Origin: Auanema rhodensis
Lineage: Eukaryota; Animalia; Nematoda
Reading direction: 5' to 3'
DNA: 64,000 nucleotides
Assembly: GCA_964057225.1 (NCBI GenBank)
Contig: OZ059896.1
Span: 10,478,001 to 10,542,000 of the forward strand
Position 1 is the first letter of the stretch. Each line of letters begins with the position of its first letter. The position numbers and the translations under genes were made by a program. The notes below the pieces were generated by a model. The model ran no database searches, was not told the origin of the DNA, and saw only the letters and a list, made by a program, of their open reading frames with translations. This document shows positions 38,401 through 51,799 of this stretch, in pieces.

Positions 38401-41400
38401 CTGAAAGGTCAATTGGTTCGCTCTATCATGTTTCCAAAGCCTATAGACTTCAGGTTCACTAAAGATTTATTCAAAGTAAAATATAAAACGTTTCGAATAT
38501 TATTATTGAATTTTTTTCCAGTTTATTGGTTTCTTAGGTTGTATATCAGGATGTGGATTCATTTATACAATAATCATCATGATTGTGAGGGGAAGTACTT
38601 TCCGTCGTATTCTTATTCGAGCTTTGGACATAATAACAATTACTGTTCCTCCAGCACTCCCAGGTAAGAAAACTGTTTCTAGTTTTTTAAGGTTTTTCAA
38701 ACAAACTGATTAAGCCGCGATGTCTGTTGGTACAATGTCCGCCCAATTGCGATTGGAGAAAAAGGATATTTTTTGTATTTCACCTTCAACTATCAATCTA
38801 TGCGGAGCACTCAACGTTGTATGCATATAATTTCCGTTTTCTGTTAATTTTTGTGTCTGTTCAAGGTGTGCTTTGATAAAACTGGTACGCTAACCGAAGA
38901 TGGTCTTGATTTTCATGTTATGCGACCAGTAGAACCAGCAGAAGGCGAAAAGAAAACTCAATTTAAAGCTGAAACTGCTGAAATGATTAGAGAATCTTTG
39001 CCAATGAAAGGAGATTTGGTTAATGCGATTGCTACTTGCCATTCTCTCACAAGGTTTGCAAAAGTTTATTGTAATACTTAGAAGTATTCTGCTTAAGAAT
39101 AAATGGTGTACTTAATGGTGATCCATTAGATCTTATTTTGTTTCAACAAACTGGGTGGACTCTCGAAGAACCCGCTGAAATCAGTGGTGAAGAGTTCAAT
39201 AATGAAGCCGAGATTTTTGACGCTGTCCAGGTATCTCAAAAATTATATACTTTATTACTTTTCATATTTGCAGCCCTCTATTATAAAGCCTCCTCAATCT
39301 TCAAAAGATTTGCGCTCCGAAGAATATTCTGTTATTCGCCAATTTACCTTCAGGTGTGCCTGCCTATCTTTCCAATCTCTTACTTTTTTCTCTTGTTAGT
39401 TCATCACTACAACGAATGTCAGTTATTGTGTTCAATCCAAATGATGAAGATCATAATATGACACTATATTGTAAAGGATCACCGGAAATGATTTCTAGCC
39501 TGTGTGACCCAAAGACTGTTCCCGACAACTATGCCGTAAGTGTTTGAATCCCACAAGTTTTCTAGTTTTTATATTCAGGCAACTGTTAATCATTATGCTC
39601 AGCATGGGTTCCGATTAATAGCTGTAGCAAGGAGACATCTGAATATCAGTTATTCCAAAGCAGCTAAAATTCCAAGAAATCAGGTTTTTCTCAGATCAGA
39701 ATTATTTTTATTCATAGTTCAACTTTAGGTTGAATGTGAATTGGAATTACTTGGAATAGTTGCAATGGAGAACCGTGTTAAAGATGTTACATTGGGTGTT
39801 GTTAATCAATTAAACAGGTTATTTATATTTGTTTTCATTCAAATTTTTGTATCATTTATAGAGCTCATATAAGAACAGTTATGGTTACCGGTGATAACAT
39901 ACTAACGGCTTTAAGTGTAGCAAGAGAGTGTGGAATTATACGTCCTGAGCGTAAAACTTTCATAGTTGATCATGTTCCGGACGAGAAGGATTCTCAGGGC
40001 AGAACTGCAATAACTCTAAAGCCCGTAAGGTCTTGCCTAAAAATCTATTTTCAATTGTCTCTTCAGTCTGTGTCTTCTTCCGATGATATCCTTGATGATG
40101 AACCAGTGGAAAAATCGTTAACTGATGCTGAATTAGGTTTATTGGTTCAAAGCAACTATCATCTTTGCATATCGGGGGCTACATTCAATGTTATCTTCAA
40201 TGAGTATCCCGAACTTCTTGATTCGCTGGTTTGTGTGTGCGATGTTTTTGCGCGAATGGCTCCCGAGCAGAAGAAGCAGTTGATAAATCACTTACAGGCA
40301 AAATATATATTATTTCACAGATGCTTATATTAGTGTTTTAGGAAGTAAGTTATACTGTTGCTATGTGTGGCGATGGAGCTAACGATTGTGCTGCTCTGAA
40401 AGCAGCTCATGCGGGAATCTCGCTTTCTGATGCGGAGGCATCTATTGCAGCTCCCTTCACTTCTAAGGTCCCAGATATCCGTTGTGTTCCCACTATCATA
40501 AGCGAAGGTAGAGCGGCTCTCGTAACATCTTTTGGAATTTTCAAATATATGGCTGGTTATTCATTGACTCAATTCATTACTGTTATGCAGTTATATTACA
40601 TCTCAAACATTTTAACTGATGGACAGGTAAAACACGTTAAATATTTGCCAGCTAGTTTTTTATTTTAGTTTATGTATATTGATATGTTCTTAATTACTCT
40701 TTTGGCTCTTTTGTTTGGAAACACTCCTGCTTATCCAAGGCTTCATTGTACCCCTCCTCCAACTAGGCTATTATCTGTTGCTAGTATGACAAGCGTTATA
40801 GGACAACTTCTTATAATGGGAGTAACTCAGGTTAATATAAATTTAAGTCTCCTTTTTACAATTTTTTCAGCTATTTGTGTTTGTTTGGACTTCTTATCAA
40901 CCATGGTTTGTCCCTTATGCACCTCCGCGAGGACCAGATGCTGAGGATAAGAGAAGCATGCAGGTGAAGATGAAAATTTTGTCAAAATATTTAAAGATTT
41001 TTTAGGGAACTGCTCTCTTCTGTGTTTCCGTTTTCCAATACATCATTTTGGCTGTTGTCTATTCTAAAGGCAAACCATTCCGCGGTGCTATAACAAGCAA
41101 TAGACTATTTTTAGGAGCAATTATATCAATTACATTGGTATATTTCATAAAAAGTACTATAATGTTTTTTAAAATTAATTTTAGGTTTCGGCGTATATTG
41201 TATTGTTTGCTTCGGAATGGGTGGACAGTGTAATTGGAAATATTCCAATTCCAGAGTGGCAGTTCAAACTTACTTTGGTAATCATAGCTATAATAAACGC
41301 CATAGTGTCATACGCTTTCGAATCCATTCTTGTTGACAAATTTATTCTACAATATTGGGAAAGGTAATGCCTTTTTAGAAACATATGTATTTGAATATTG

Positions 41401-41648
41401 GTATTAAGGAAGAAGAAACTAACAGCTATAAGGGAATATTCCTCATTATCTGATATGCGCGAAGGAGCTGGTCCTATTTTCGAACATCTTTTATCAAGGT
41501 AGGAAACAATTCAGCTTGTAACTCATTTATACTTTTTTTTAGAATTGGAGGAGAGCCTTCTTGGCTGCTCTCAGTTGCTTCCTACATCAGTGTTGACGAT
41601 AACATTAAAACTAAAAAATCCCATGGAAATGGTAATGGTCATATGTAA
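35428..41648 (+). CDS. catp-6: P5B-type ATPase (ATP13A2/3-like putative polyamine transporter)
   Basis: [22 protein letters not shown] (P5B TM4 motif), CFDKTGTLT (phosphorylation site), [20 protein letters not shown]. Stretches such as WYNDEY and [19 protein letters not shown] recall C. elegans CATP-6. The family call is firm; the specific paralogue is less so. Confidence 0.93.
36998..38212 (-). CDS. Nematode cuticle collagen nested antisense within P5B-ATPase intron 36993-38370
   Basis: N-terminal hydrophobic Col_cuticle_N-like segment, CNC...C, Gly-X-Y blocks, CFQCPPGP linker, and terminal DGEYCEC...KYKH*. Confidence 0.92.
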
Positions 41649-42365
41649 TGCTTCATTGCTCACTCGTTTGTATATCATTGACAAATTTTCTGCTTTATAT
41701 TTATGCATGACTTCATTCCTTGTTCTCTTTCCAAAATGCCTTATTTTATCTGAAATCAGGTAACCTTCTCGATTCCTTGAGCTGTTGTCGTCATGAAATT
41801 AAAAAAAAGTTCATGATTATGATATTAGATCATTTGTTTTTCTTTCACTCTTTCTCAAGAAATTCAAATATTATGTAATGATTTCGGTGTTTTTTTACGT
41901 TACTAATTTTCTCATTGTCTGTTAATCATATAGTTTATCTGGACCCGTGCCTTAGTTGACTATTTTCTCATGACTGGTTGCCTTTTACATTTTCGATTTT
42001 TATATTTTTTGAATTAAATCTTTATTTCTCGATTTTATTCAAAAAATTGAACATACTTCCTTGACAACTCTATGAGAATGTCAGTGTTTCTCTTCTGTCT
42101 TCAATTGCTTTGTGTTCCATAGTAGTTTAAGATATGTATTTCAAAGTAAGAGATCCATAGATACTTTTAATAAACTATAGTTATGAATACAGAAATTAAT
42201 TAACTTCTTTTTTCAAGATAGAATATAATCTTATTTCGTCCTTCCATAACTAGAAGAGCAATATTGTTTCTATTAAAAATAGTTCATGAGATATTTAAAA
42301 GAAAAGGTACTATGAAGATTGATATGGGTATCATCATATTTCCAAGTCCAGCTAAATTATAATCA

Positions 42366-43824
42366 TTAAAGTTTTGATTTGAGAACGATTTTGGAAAGCT
42401 GATTAACCACTTCTTTAGCACAACCCCAAGCAAGAGTTATTCCGCTTCCTCCATGTCCGTAGTTATGTATGATTGACACCTAAAATTAAAAAAATAGAAA
42501 TACTGAAATATGATCACTGAATACTTTCTTATTATTACTTCCTTTAATGTATTCAACTTCTAGTCTTACGCTACTACGACATGGTCTTAATCCTACATGA
42601 TGCGATAAAACAGTTCCTTTCTTAAAAATAAATTAAATGACAACGGTTATGGAAGCCAAAGATTACTTTCAGGTTAGGAAGAGCAGTAAAATTGCGTTCA
42701 ATGATTCTATCGGCAACAGTTTTATCGACTTTTAATTCCCATTCATTTTTATCTTCAGTTCCACCAAGAACTACGAAATCGTCGCTGTAAAAATATGAGG
42801 CTTTCTGATTTTATAACTTGTTGTTAGACAAACTTTAAAAGAGCATAATCATGTTCATTGATCATGAAATATCGCTGCAATGGCGCATTAACTCTTACAA
42901 TCTGATTAAAGTTCAAACTAGGTTACACTTGTACTGTTTAAGAATACTTGGCCTCTAACTGGATAAAGAGTCAAATCATTGCATAAAGTTCTAGCTCCAA
43001 GTCCAGTGCAATTGATAATAACATCAAACATTGTATCCAGTTCATGAAAATCTTTAACCTCTTTTTGTATGGTTTTTCCACCTTTGGAGTAAAATCTATG
43101 TGTTAATGAAAGGAACAATAATAAATAAAATATAAATGTCATACTTTTTTGTCAATCGGGCAATTTCTTTTGTAGGCTCTAAATAATATGTTCTTACGTA
43201 GTATCCTAATCTACAAAATATAATATACAATTTAATAATTTCAGTGCGATTTCACTTTTCTGGATTTTGTTTTAGCTCTATCTTTTCTTGAGCACTTAAC
43301 TCGTAACAAAATGGTACTGTTTCTACCCACACTGGTGTCGGGGTACCTTTCTCTTCGAAATAGTATCCAGCTACTTCCTAATTATATTAAAATATTTAAG
43401 AAAGTATATAAGTAGTTACTTGAACACCCTCGGCATTCTCATTAGTTAACTGCTTACAATAGTTCAGTGTAGTTTGAAACCATTCCCTAAACATGATAAT
43501 ATTACAATCTAACAGTTCTGTTATTCCGTGATTTAACCGTTGAACAAAAACAAATGTTTGCTGACCAAACCGTATGATTATAAGAAACTCACATTAGATT
43601 AAACTTTCCAGCAGAAACACAGAATGGCAAAATTACTCCTGCTGCAACATCTGATGTTAGGTTGGGTGAAAATTCAGCAGCAATGACGGTAATCTGTATA
43701 AAACAATGATCAGTATGTAATTAAAAACTTTTAAAAACAATACTTTAGCGTTTGGATATTGCTCCTGTATTGCCACAGCTGATGACATGCCTATGATTCC
43801 TGCTCCGATAACTCCAATATTCAT
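42366..43824 (-). CDS. daao-1: D-amino acid oxidase (FAD-dependent), peroxisomal
   Basis: [10 protein letters not shown] (Rossmann fold), [20 protein letters not shown]...[31 protein letters not shown], and a C-terminal SKL (PTS1). Confidence 0.88.
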
Positions 43825-44409
43825 TTTTCTATAAGTCAACTTATACATATGCTCATATAATACACACACACATATATATATATATGTATATGTATATAGA
43901 AAACATGAAATGGTGGAATTGTTGGAGTAGAAAGTACTTTGACTTTCGAATGAGAAGTTTATAAGAAATTGTTCTTAATTGCAAAACATTGATATTCCTA
44001 TCTAGGGCATTACAACGATTAAATACTTACTCTTATCTCAGATACAACACCTACGAAACAATATTTCAACGCTATCAATTCTAATAATTAACCCATGGGT
44101 TAATGATTAATTGTTTTTATTAATTGTATGTTTATATCTTTATTTCAATTGAAACGAATTGTTTTTTTCTTTTATTTGAAATTTTGAAAATATGTCTATA
44201 GCATATGTATATAATACATCTTCTATGAATATGGCTATAACTCTTTAATATACTTTATATTTTCAGTATATGGCAATTATAATGTAAATTCATATTTCAA
44301 ATGAATAATGGCTTTCTTTATAAAAAAAATGTAGTCATGGAAACTTGTATTAAAAAAATCAGTATATTCCTCTTCCCAACAACATGTACATATATTATAA
44401 ATCCCATTA

Positions 44410-46290
44410 CCGTAGTGAGTTTTGAACTTGAAATAATATCAACGAACGATTCGGATCAAGAACAACTCTGATATCTCTTTTTCATCTTCAAACCCGGGAG
44501 AGTCATATTGGTTTGTCATCACTTGTAAATCTAACTGTTATTTCCCAGCTAGATGATTAAGACATTCTGAATGATGTTAGTGAGATTGTCATAAAAATAT
44601 ACAGAAAGATCCGTAACCTTTCTTGTTCCTTCATCGCACATGGCCTTATTCATGGGAAGCCTTCGTCATAGGTTCTGGCGCCAAATTCGAAATTTGCCAA
44701 ATGGTTGTCATCGCTTGTCCTTCAAAAAAAAAAGATGGTTAATCTTCATTCATAGATTGTATACAAATTGGACAGCAGCTAGTTTACTCGGAAATGTAAA
44801 GAGGAAAACAGTAACAATATTATTCCGAAATAAAGGAAAAATTAAAATAATTTTTGGTTAATATTTAGTTTATATGAATAACAGGAGGTAAAGTCATTTT
44901 GAAGTACTGAACTTCTTCACAAAAACAACATTCTTTTTCATATTTTGACAATTTCATTAAAATTCAGTGTAACACTAGGTATTGGTATTCATATTCTCAA
45001 TAATTATTCAAATCTCACAGATAATTTTTAAACCTAATACATGATATGTTTTAGCTACTCTGTGTCATTTCGTTTTTAGTATTCTTGAAAATTTTCAAAT
45101 CTATTCGTCTATGGTCAGTTTAAGTATATGGCAGATGTTCAGTTACTGGTAATGCTCTTTTCAAAAATGTCCTATTTCAAATAAGAAGTAAGACACATTG
45201 ATATACGGATACACGAGTAAGAGAGAGTACGATCTGCAGTAAGACATTAAGAAAATCGTAAACAGAGGAAAATTGAAAGAGAAAAAGAAGGCAGAAAAAT
45301 GAAAGGCGGAGCCTTCGTGGGGTCCGTTGTTCGTAGAAAAGGCGCCAAAGGCTACGCTTAAAAGAGCGATGGCTATGTTCGAAAACTTCTTTTCCACTAA
45401 TCTACCATTTCTCTATGCAGTCCAGACAGTCTTAAGTTATTGGAATCTCTTTTTCTGCATAGTTTTTGAAGTGTTCAAAAATCTTCTGTTCGCCAAATTC
45501 GGCATAATATTTTGTTATAGCCCATATCAATTCTTCGAAAAAAAGCAGACTGGCTAGAAGAGATTGTATATTTTAATATATTTGCAAGGTAATCTAATAT
45601 CTAGTGGTCACAATTAAAAAAAAATAGTTGTCCTTGTATTTCTTCTCATTTTCTGTTTTTCAACTACTTTCCAATTCAGGTAATTGATTCCAACAATTGG
45701 CCTTGGATGTTATCTTTCTGACATCTGTTCCTTTCTAAAGACTGTCTTTCCTCAAATACAGTTTCAGGCTAAAATTTTCAATTTCAGCTCTTTTAAGGCA
45801 AACATATCTAACTATTTCTCAAGATATGTAAACTCCTTAATGCACCAACTGATATATTTACTTCTATTTTTGAATTTAAAGCCATATCTCCTGTACCAAT
45901 CGTAATGGTTAGCTATGCTCAATCGAACAGTATTGCATTACGCCGCTTTTTTCATTTCAATTTTTTTAGGTTTTTGCTAGCATTGACTGGAAAACGGTCA
46001 GTTTTGTCTGTCTGCATCCGGTCGTTAAAAAAAACGACCATCTGCCGTTGTTGAAGATTCAGAGTCCCGTTTCATGACAGTAATTTGTTCTGGTTGAGAC
46101 CTTGTGAGCGAATGCCATGCGAGGCTTTTTTGCACTCAACCGAGCCCCAGATCTTCAGATCTGTTTGGCAATACTGCTCCGCATAACTACAGCTTGATCG
46201 AACTGTTTATAATAGTACGATTGCGTCAAGAATTCGACGCGAGACTTTATGAATGCTCTCGAATCGTTTCTCTTGATGTCATCGTATTCT
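44410..46290 (-). mobile_element. Degraded coding-like remnant, possibly BEL/Pao LTR retrotransposon gag-protease
   Basis: Long, intron-poor, coding-like stretches broken by stops and frameshifts. A decayed Cys/His cluster near 45200-45110 (GHF*KE, NICHILKTDH) is followed by a protease-like RDIRVVLDP near 44470. Confidence 0.3.
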
Positions 46291-47542
46291 TACTACATAC
46301 ATTATAAAGTGTTTAAGTATTATGTCTAATAACTATGTAATAAAAATGTCAACTAACTATATATATATATATATATATATTGATAATAACAACAAAATAA
46401 ATAATGTATTTACAATTAAGGATGATAATGATATTTACCATATATTTATTAAATTTTTAAAAGAGGAAGTTAAAAAGAAACAAACTTTTACATATGTAAG
46501 TATCTGTTATACACTTTCGTCTTTTTATGGCAATTCAATTCATGAGTGTAATACAAATTGTCATATTGCTACCCACACCCCCCCCCCCCATCCTATCTAA
46601 TATCACACAACTTTTCTTCAACTCTATTATATTTTTCTTTGTCGTTGTCTATAATTATAAATATGACTTTAATTATATTAAATATATTTATAAATTCAAA
46701 TGTATAGATGAACTGTCTATTACATTACTATATTTATATTTTTGTATAACTTGATATTGTCAATAATCTTCAAAGCAAATGTATATGTAATTGTGTATAT
46801 CATTAAGAATATTCATCATATTTAAGATGCCTAACTACCGAAAATCTATACTTTCAGATTAATTAATTGTACTGTCTTTTCCAGTTTTTTTGCTTATAAC
46901 ACTCATATTTTAAAGAAAATTTGTTATATTTAAAAAATAAACAAATCGCAGATTGATTTTTTTTGTTTTATTTAAACATCACTTCACATAAAAAAACGAA
47001 CAATAAATATTTCTAATTTTTCAAAAAAATAGAGAATTTGAAAAGTTGATAATGAAAATAAATATAATTAAATTTCAGGTTTGATTACAATATTTCAAAC
47101 TTTATGTACTAAATTATATCAACACATAGTTGTAGCATATTTTGCAATAAAATACTCTTTCTTTCTTCCATTTACTTATTATAATGATGATTTTTGAATT
47201 CACAAAACAACCAGAAGAGTGAAAATGTTTTTTTTCCTGTTCGAGTAGCTCTAACTCAACTTTTTTTCTCAATCTATCAATCTATGTACTTCTCACTCTA
47301 TCTTCTCTCTTTATTTCTTTACTCTCCATCTTTTGCAGTTACTTTCAAAATTGAATCATATCAACACATGCATACATATGTACATAAATTCATCTCTACT
47401 TTTCACTCTCCGTTTTAACACTTCTTTACTTTATTTGTCATATTCTTCATATATTTTACTATTAAATATAAACATTTTCTTTTCATAAAATATTCAGTAA
47501 TAACTGTCATATCATATAATTTCTAGAGTACATTATTCAATT

Positions 47543-49522
47543 ATGTTGGTTCCTCTTTTAATTATTATCAACTTCTCATCTGTTGTGCATATCAAAGCTA
47601 TAAATCAGCAATCAGTTCAACCTAAGTGAGCTCTTTAATGTCGAAAATGAAGAATCAACTTGTAATATCTTTAAGTACCAGTACACTCATAGTATCAAAA
47701 CAGTTTCGAATTTCTCCAAATGATATATTACAAAACTTGATAAATAGCTCCTATGATCGTCGCATTCGGCCACCAAACATAGATGATCAAGGTATGAAGC
47801 ATTAAGAGAAACTATGTATTTATTACGAAATCGTCCACTACCAAAATTATTAATTTTCAGGATTAAATCAGCCTGTTGTTGTAGAAGCAAATGCATATAT
47901 ACGAAGGTTATTTGAAATATATATTAAATTTATAACTTTTTACAATTTGAAGTTTAGTTTTTCAAGTATTGACTTTGTCAAAATGCAATACAATGTACAA
48001 TTAACATTCCGACAATCGTGGAAAGATTCAAGGCTCGCATATCAATATAGGTTTGAAAAAAAAGATGAAATACAATTAACTTGGTTGTTTTTAAGAGGTG
48101 AAAGTGTCCCTAAGTTCATTATTATCACCCGTGATGACCTAATATGGAAACCAGATACTTTTTTCATAGTACAGTGAAATACAATAATTTTTAATTTGAA
48201 AATTTAATTAATAGAATGAAAAACAAGCTTTTCGTCATAATGTGGATAGTCCAAATATGCTATTTAGAATCCATTCAGATGGAACAGTGTTATATTCTCA
48301 GCGAATATCACTAACTTTATCATGCCCAATGGTAATGAAAGTAAGTTTAAATTCAAATAGTTGAATATATACAGATATCATTATATTCATAATAACATTT
48401 TGAGAAATATCCAATGGATAAACAAAATTGTGATATATCTTTTGCTTCTTATGCTTATGCAACAGAAGAAATAGGTTTGTTTAATGTTATTTTAAATATG
48501 TGAAAAAATAAATTTTCAAGTCTATTATTGGAGAAAAGATGAACCAATACAGTTACATCGTGATCTGCCTAATTCTCTTCCTTGTTTTACATTAGATAAA
48601 TTTGATACAGGTCTTATTACATGAACTATTTTCATTTGAAAAAAAGATTTTAGATATTTGTTCAAGTAAGACAAATACGGGTGTTTATTCTTGTTTGAAA
48701 GTGACTTTCTTTCTACATCGTCAGTTTAGGTATTTACCAATAGTCTGAAAGAAAACAAAATCGTTTCAGCTATTATATGCTGCAGGTTTATATTCCATCA
48801 ACGCTTCTTGTTATCGTATCATGGATATCATTCTGGTTAGATCGTACAGCTGTGCCAGCTCGAGTAACACTAGGAGTCACATCTTTGCTCACAATGACTA
48901 CTCAGGTTTGGCATCTCTAGTTGTTTCATCAATATAGATATAAGAGAAAGATAGTTTTCATAGAAAATCATATTTAGGCTGCATCAATTCAAAGCTCCTT
49001 ACCTGCAGTTTCATATGTTAAAGCTATAGATATTTGGCTAGGATCCTGCATGTCTTTCATTTTTGCAGCCGTATTAGAGTTTGCTTGGGTATCTATTGCT
49101 GCTTCAACTCAAGAAAGACGAGAAAGTATCATTTATAATTTTAAAGCAGATTATGGAGAAAAGTACTTCAGACCAAATTAAATCATGTCTTCAGCACAGT
49201 CAACTAAATAGCCCAGATTCAGGCCTACATTGGCCATCAAAATCCCCAAGCCAAGAAGAGGATAAGTTATTAAATGTACCTGACAAAAATCAAGCGCAAG
49301 TAATATACTTATTGTTATAAATAAGACATGCTGACCTATTGTTTTAGGTGCCCTCACAACAAGAACATGCAGATGACGAAAGTAAAGCGATTGATTTAAG
49401 AGCAAGTATAATTCTTAATTTTGCAATAATCTTATATAATCTACATTTCAGGAAAACTATTTCCTGCAATGTTTCTATGCTTTCAATGTGCTTATTGGAT
49501 ATGGTATTCAACGCTGGATTAA
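47543..49522 (+). CDS. Glutamate-gated chloride channel-like Cys-loop subunit
   Basis: [24 protein letters not shown], Cys-loop [15 protein letters not shown], second loop [13 protein letters not shown], anion-selective PAR before M2 ([14 protein letters not shown]), M3 [11 protein letters not shown], and M4 DLRARKLFP. Confidence 0.92.
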
Positions 49523-49679
49523 TCGAACAGAAATGGTACAAGAGAAAACATTTTAATTTTTAATTTTTAATTTTTAATAAACATTTATCACTAAAAACAT
49601 GTAGTACTACTATCGTTTGAAGATTAAATCTTAATTCATTGATGTAAGTGATTTAAAATCTTTAAAAATCTTCATCAAT

Positions 49680-51234
49680 TCAAGAAGAAGGATTGATAAA
49701 TTCGGTTTTCGATTGTGAGATATAAGATCCTCCTTTGAAATTATTAAATCGAGATTCATAGACATCATTTGAACTTGTTTCATAATTAGCTTCCAACAGT
49801 TTGTTTTCTTTCACACAATCTGCTTGAATGTCAGGAGTATTCAAAATTATACTAACTTTTTTCTAAAAGATGAAATTCAGCATATTGTTAAATAAAGAAA
49901 ATACACCTTGTTAAGACAGAGCGGATTATCTTCAGAAGTGAAAAAATAACCGTTAGCCAAAAAATCGAATCTGTCATTTAAGGAAAGCTAAAATGATATA
50001 TATGAGGGTGTTAAAACAGTTCTGCATCATTCCAACCTTGAAATTTGAAGCATGTTGTTTGATTCTAAGTGCATTTAGCTTCTGTTCAACTTTTAAATTT
50101 TGAAAATCAGTAGGATTTGATCGTTGCAATGGTATAGCCTGCATTCCCTCTTAAAAAAAGTTATAAAATATAATAAAAGAAATAAAATAAAAGCAAATGT
50201 CGTATTTTTTGATTAACATTATAGACGTGAAATAATTAGAATAGCAGAATGAACATTTGCGTACTTTCCAACTATGGTTTAATAAAAAATTAATATACTG
50301 CGGTTAAAAAGGAATATTTCACATGTTATTGAATACGAATATAATTTTTCATTGATTATTAACAAATTATAATAAAATATTATTGCAAAACTCCGTTATC
50401 ATTGTAGCCTATTAGATTGAAGATAAATAAAATACAATGAAGGTGTTGAAAGATATTCAGATGTGTTATTTCATGTAATTTACAGCTTTATAAAAGCATT
50501 TTTTGAAAATCCCCTATTCTTTAACACTTGTAATGGTATTCTTAGCTTGGGCTTTATGAAATTCAGGCAATTTGGTAACGTTTGAAATAGCATCACTTTG
50601 ATTTCCTTTTTCATTTCCGATCTGCAATGAAGTAGCACGCTAGGTATCAGAAGAAAGCCCGCATCGCATGATAACATTCGATAATCTGAAATAATTATAT
50701 GTATATAAATTAAATATTTTTTTGTTGCATGATAGCCCCCCTTGTAATAAAGACTTGAGATCTTGCAATACTTAAATTCGTCTGGATATTTTAAAACGTA
50801 TTGAGAGAAAATATTTTATGAAGCTCAGGCAAGATATAAAATGAAATTCATCATCTCCATCCTGTAAAATAATACTTTATTCAGGATGAATTGTTCATTT
50901 TTTAAGGAATTATAGGAATTTGATAACTATGAAGCTTCGTCTTCTGATGTGTTATTTCAAATTGATGGGAAGCTGTCCTTAAATAAATTAAATATATTTA
51001 AGAAAATTATAGGCAAAGAAGCTCATTGTTACTTTTTCAGCGATGTAAAATTTGCAAAGTGTGTTCTTATAAAGTCATTAGTCATTTTTTTCGAACATTG
51101 TAAAGCTGAATTGTTCTTGCTGGATAGACAAAGACGAATAGTTCGACTGAAAAACGTACTTTCTCAGAAAGCAGTGTTTTGTGAAAGAATTGGTTAAGCT
51201 GTTTGGTGCAATAATAGAGTTTCGGACAAGACTG
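49680..51234 (-). pseudogene. Unassigned multi-exon orphan gene or pseudogene convergent on the GluCl
   Basis: Several acceptor/donor-bounded open exons (EGMQAIPLQRSNP...NFK / LSLNDRFDFLANG...LNK / KKVSIILN...INPSS*). The upstream exons (50738-50978) cannot be joined without stops, and no domain is recognised. Confidence 0.35.
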
Positions 51235-51799
51235 AAATGTTAATAGCAAATAAGCCTATTTTCTTGACATTTCTTTTTTTTTCGTTCATAAGTTGAGTAT
51301 GAAATGAAAAGTTGATCACATTTTAAAGAAATATTTTGATAGTGCATTGAATACATAAGCCTTACACACACATATAAATATATATATATATATATATATA
51401 TTTTATATTTATATATAATATTACATACAAGATTTCTTCAAAATTCAATGATTTATACGAATTAAAATATATAAATTATTCATTAATATAATAAGTTTTG
51501 TAACGTTTAAACTGAAATGATTTTTGAGCTTTCCAACTAAATCAATAATGTTTCATTATTTTATTTATTTCGTATGAATAAAGTTACATAAGATCGATGA
51601 TATATGCCAACAAAACTAATCCTGTACATCTATGTGTATATCTAGATTGTAATCTTAAACTAAAAACTATAAGTCAGTAGTTAGAAGCACATCATATGTA
51701 TATACATATATACATACAAATATTAAAGACCAACATCGAAGTATTTGAGATACATCTATGCATGGATGTATTATACATATATTGCTGATGAACTGAGGT

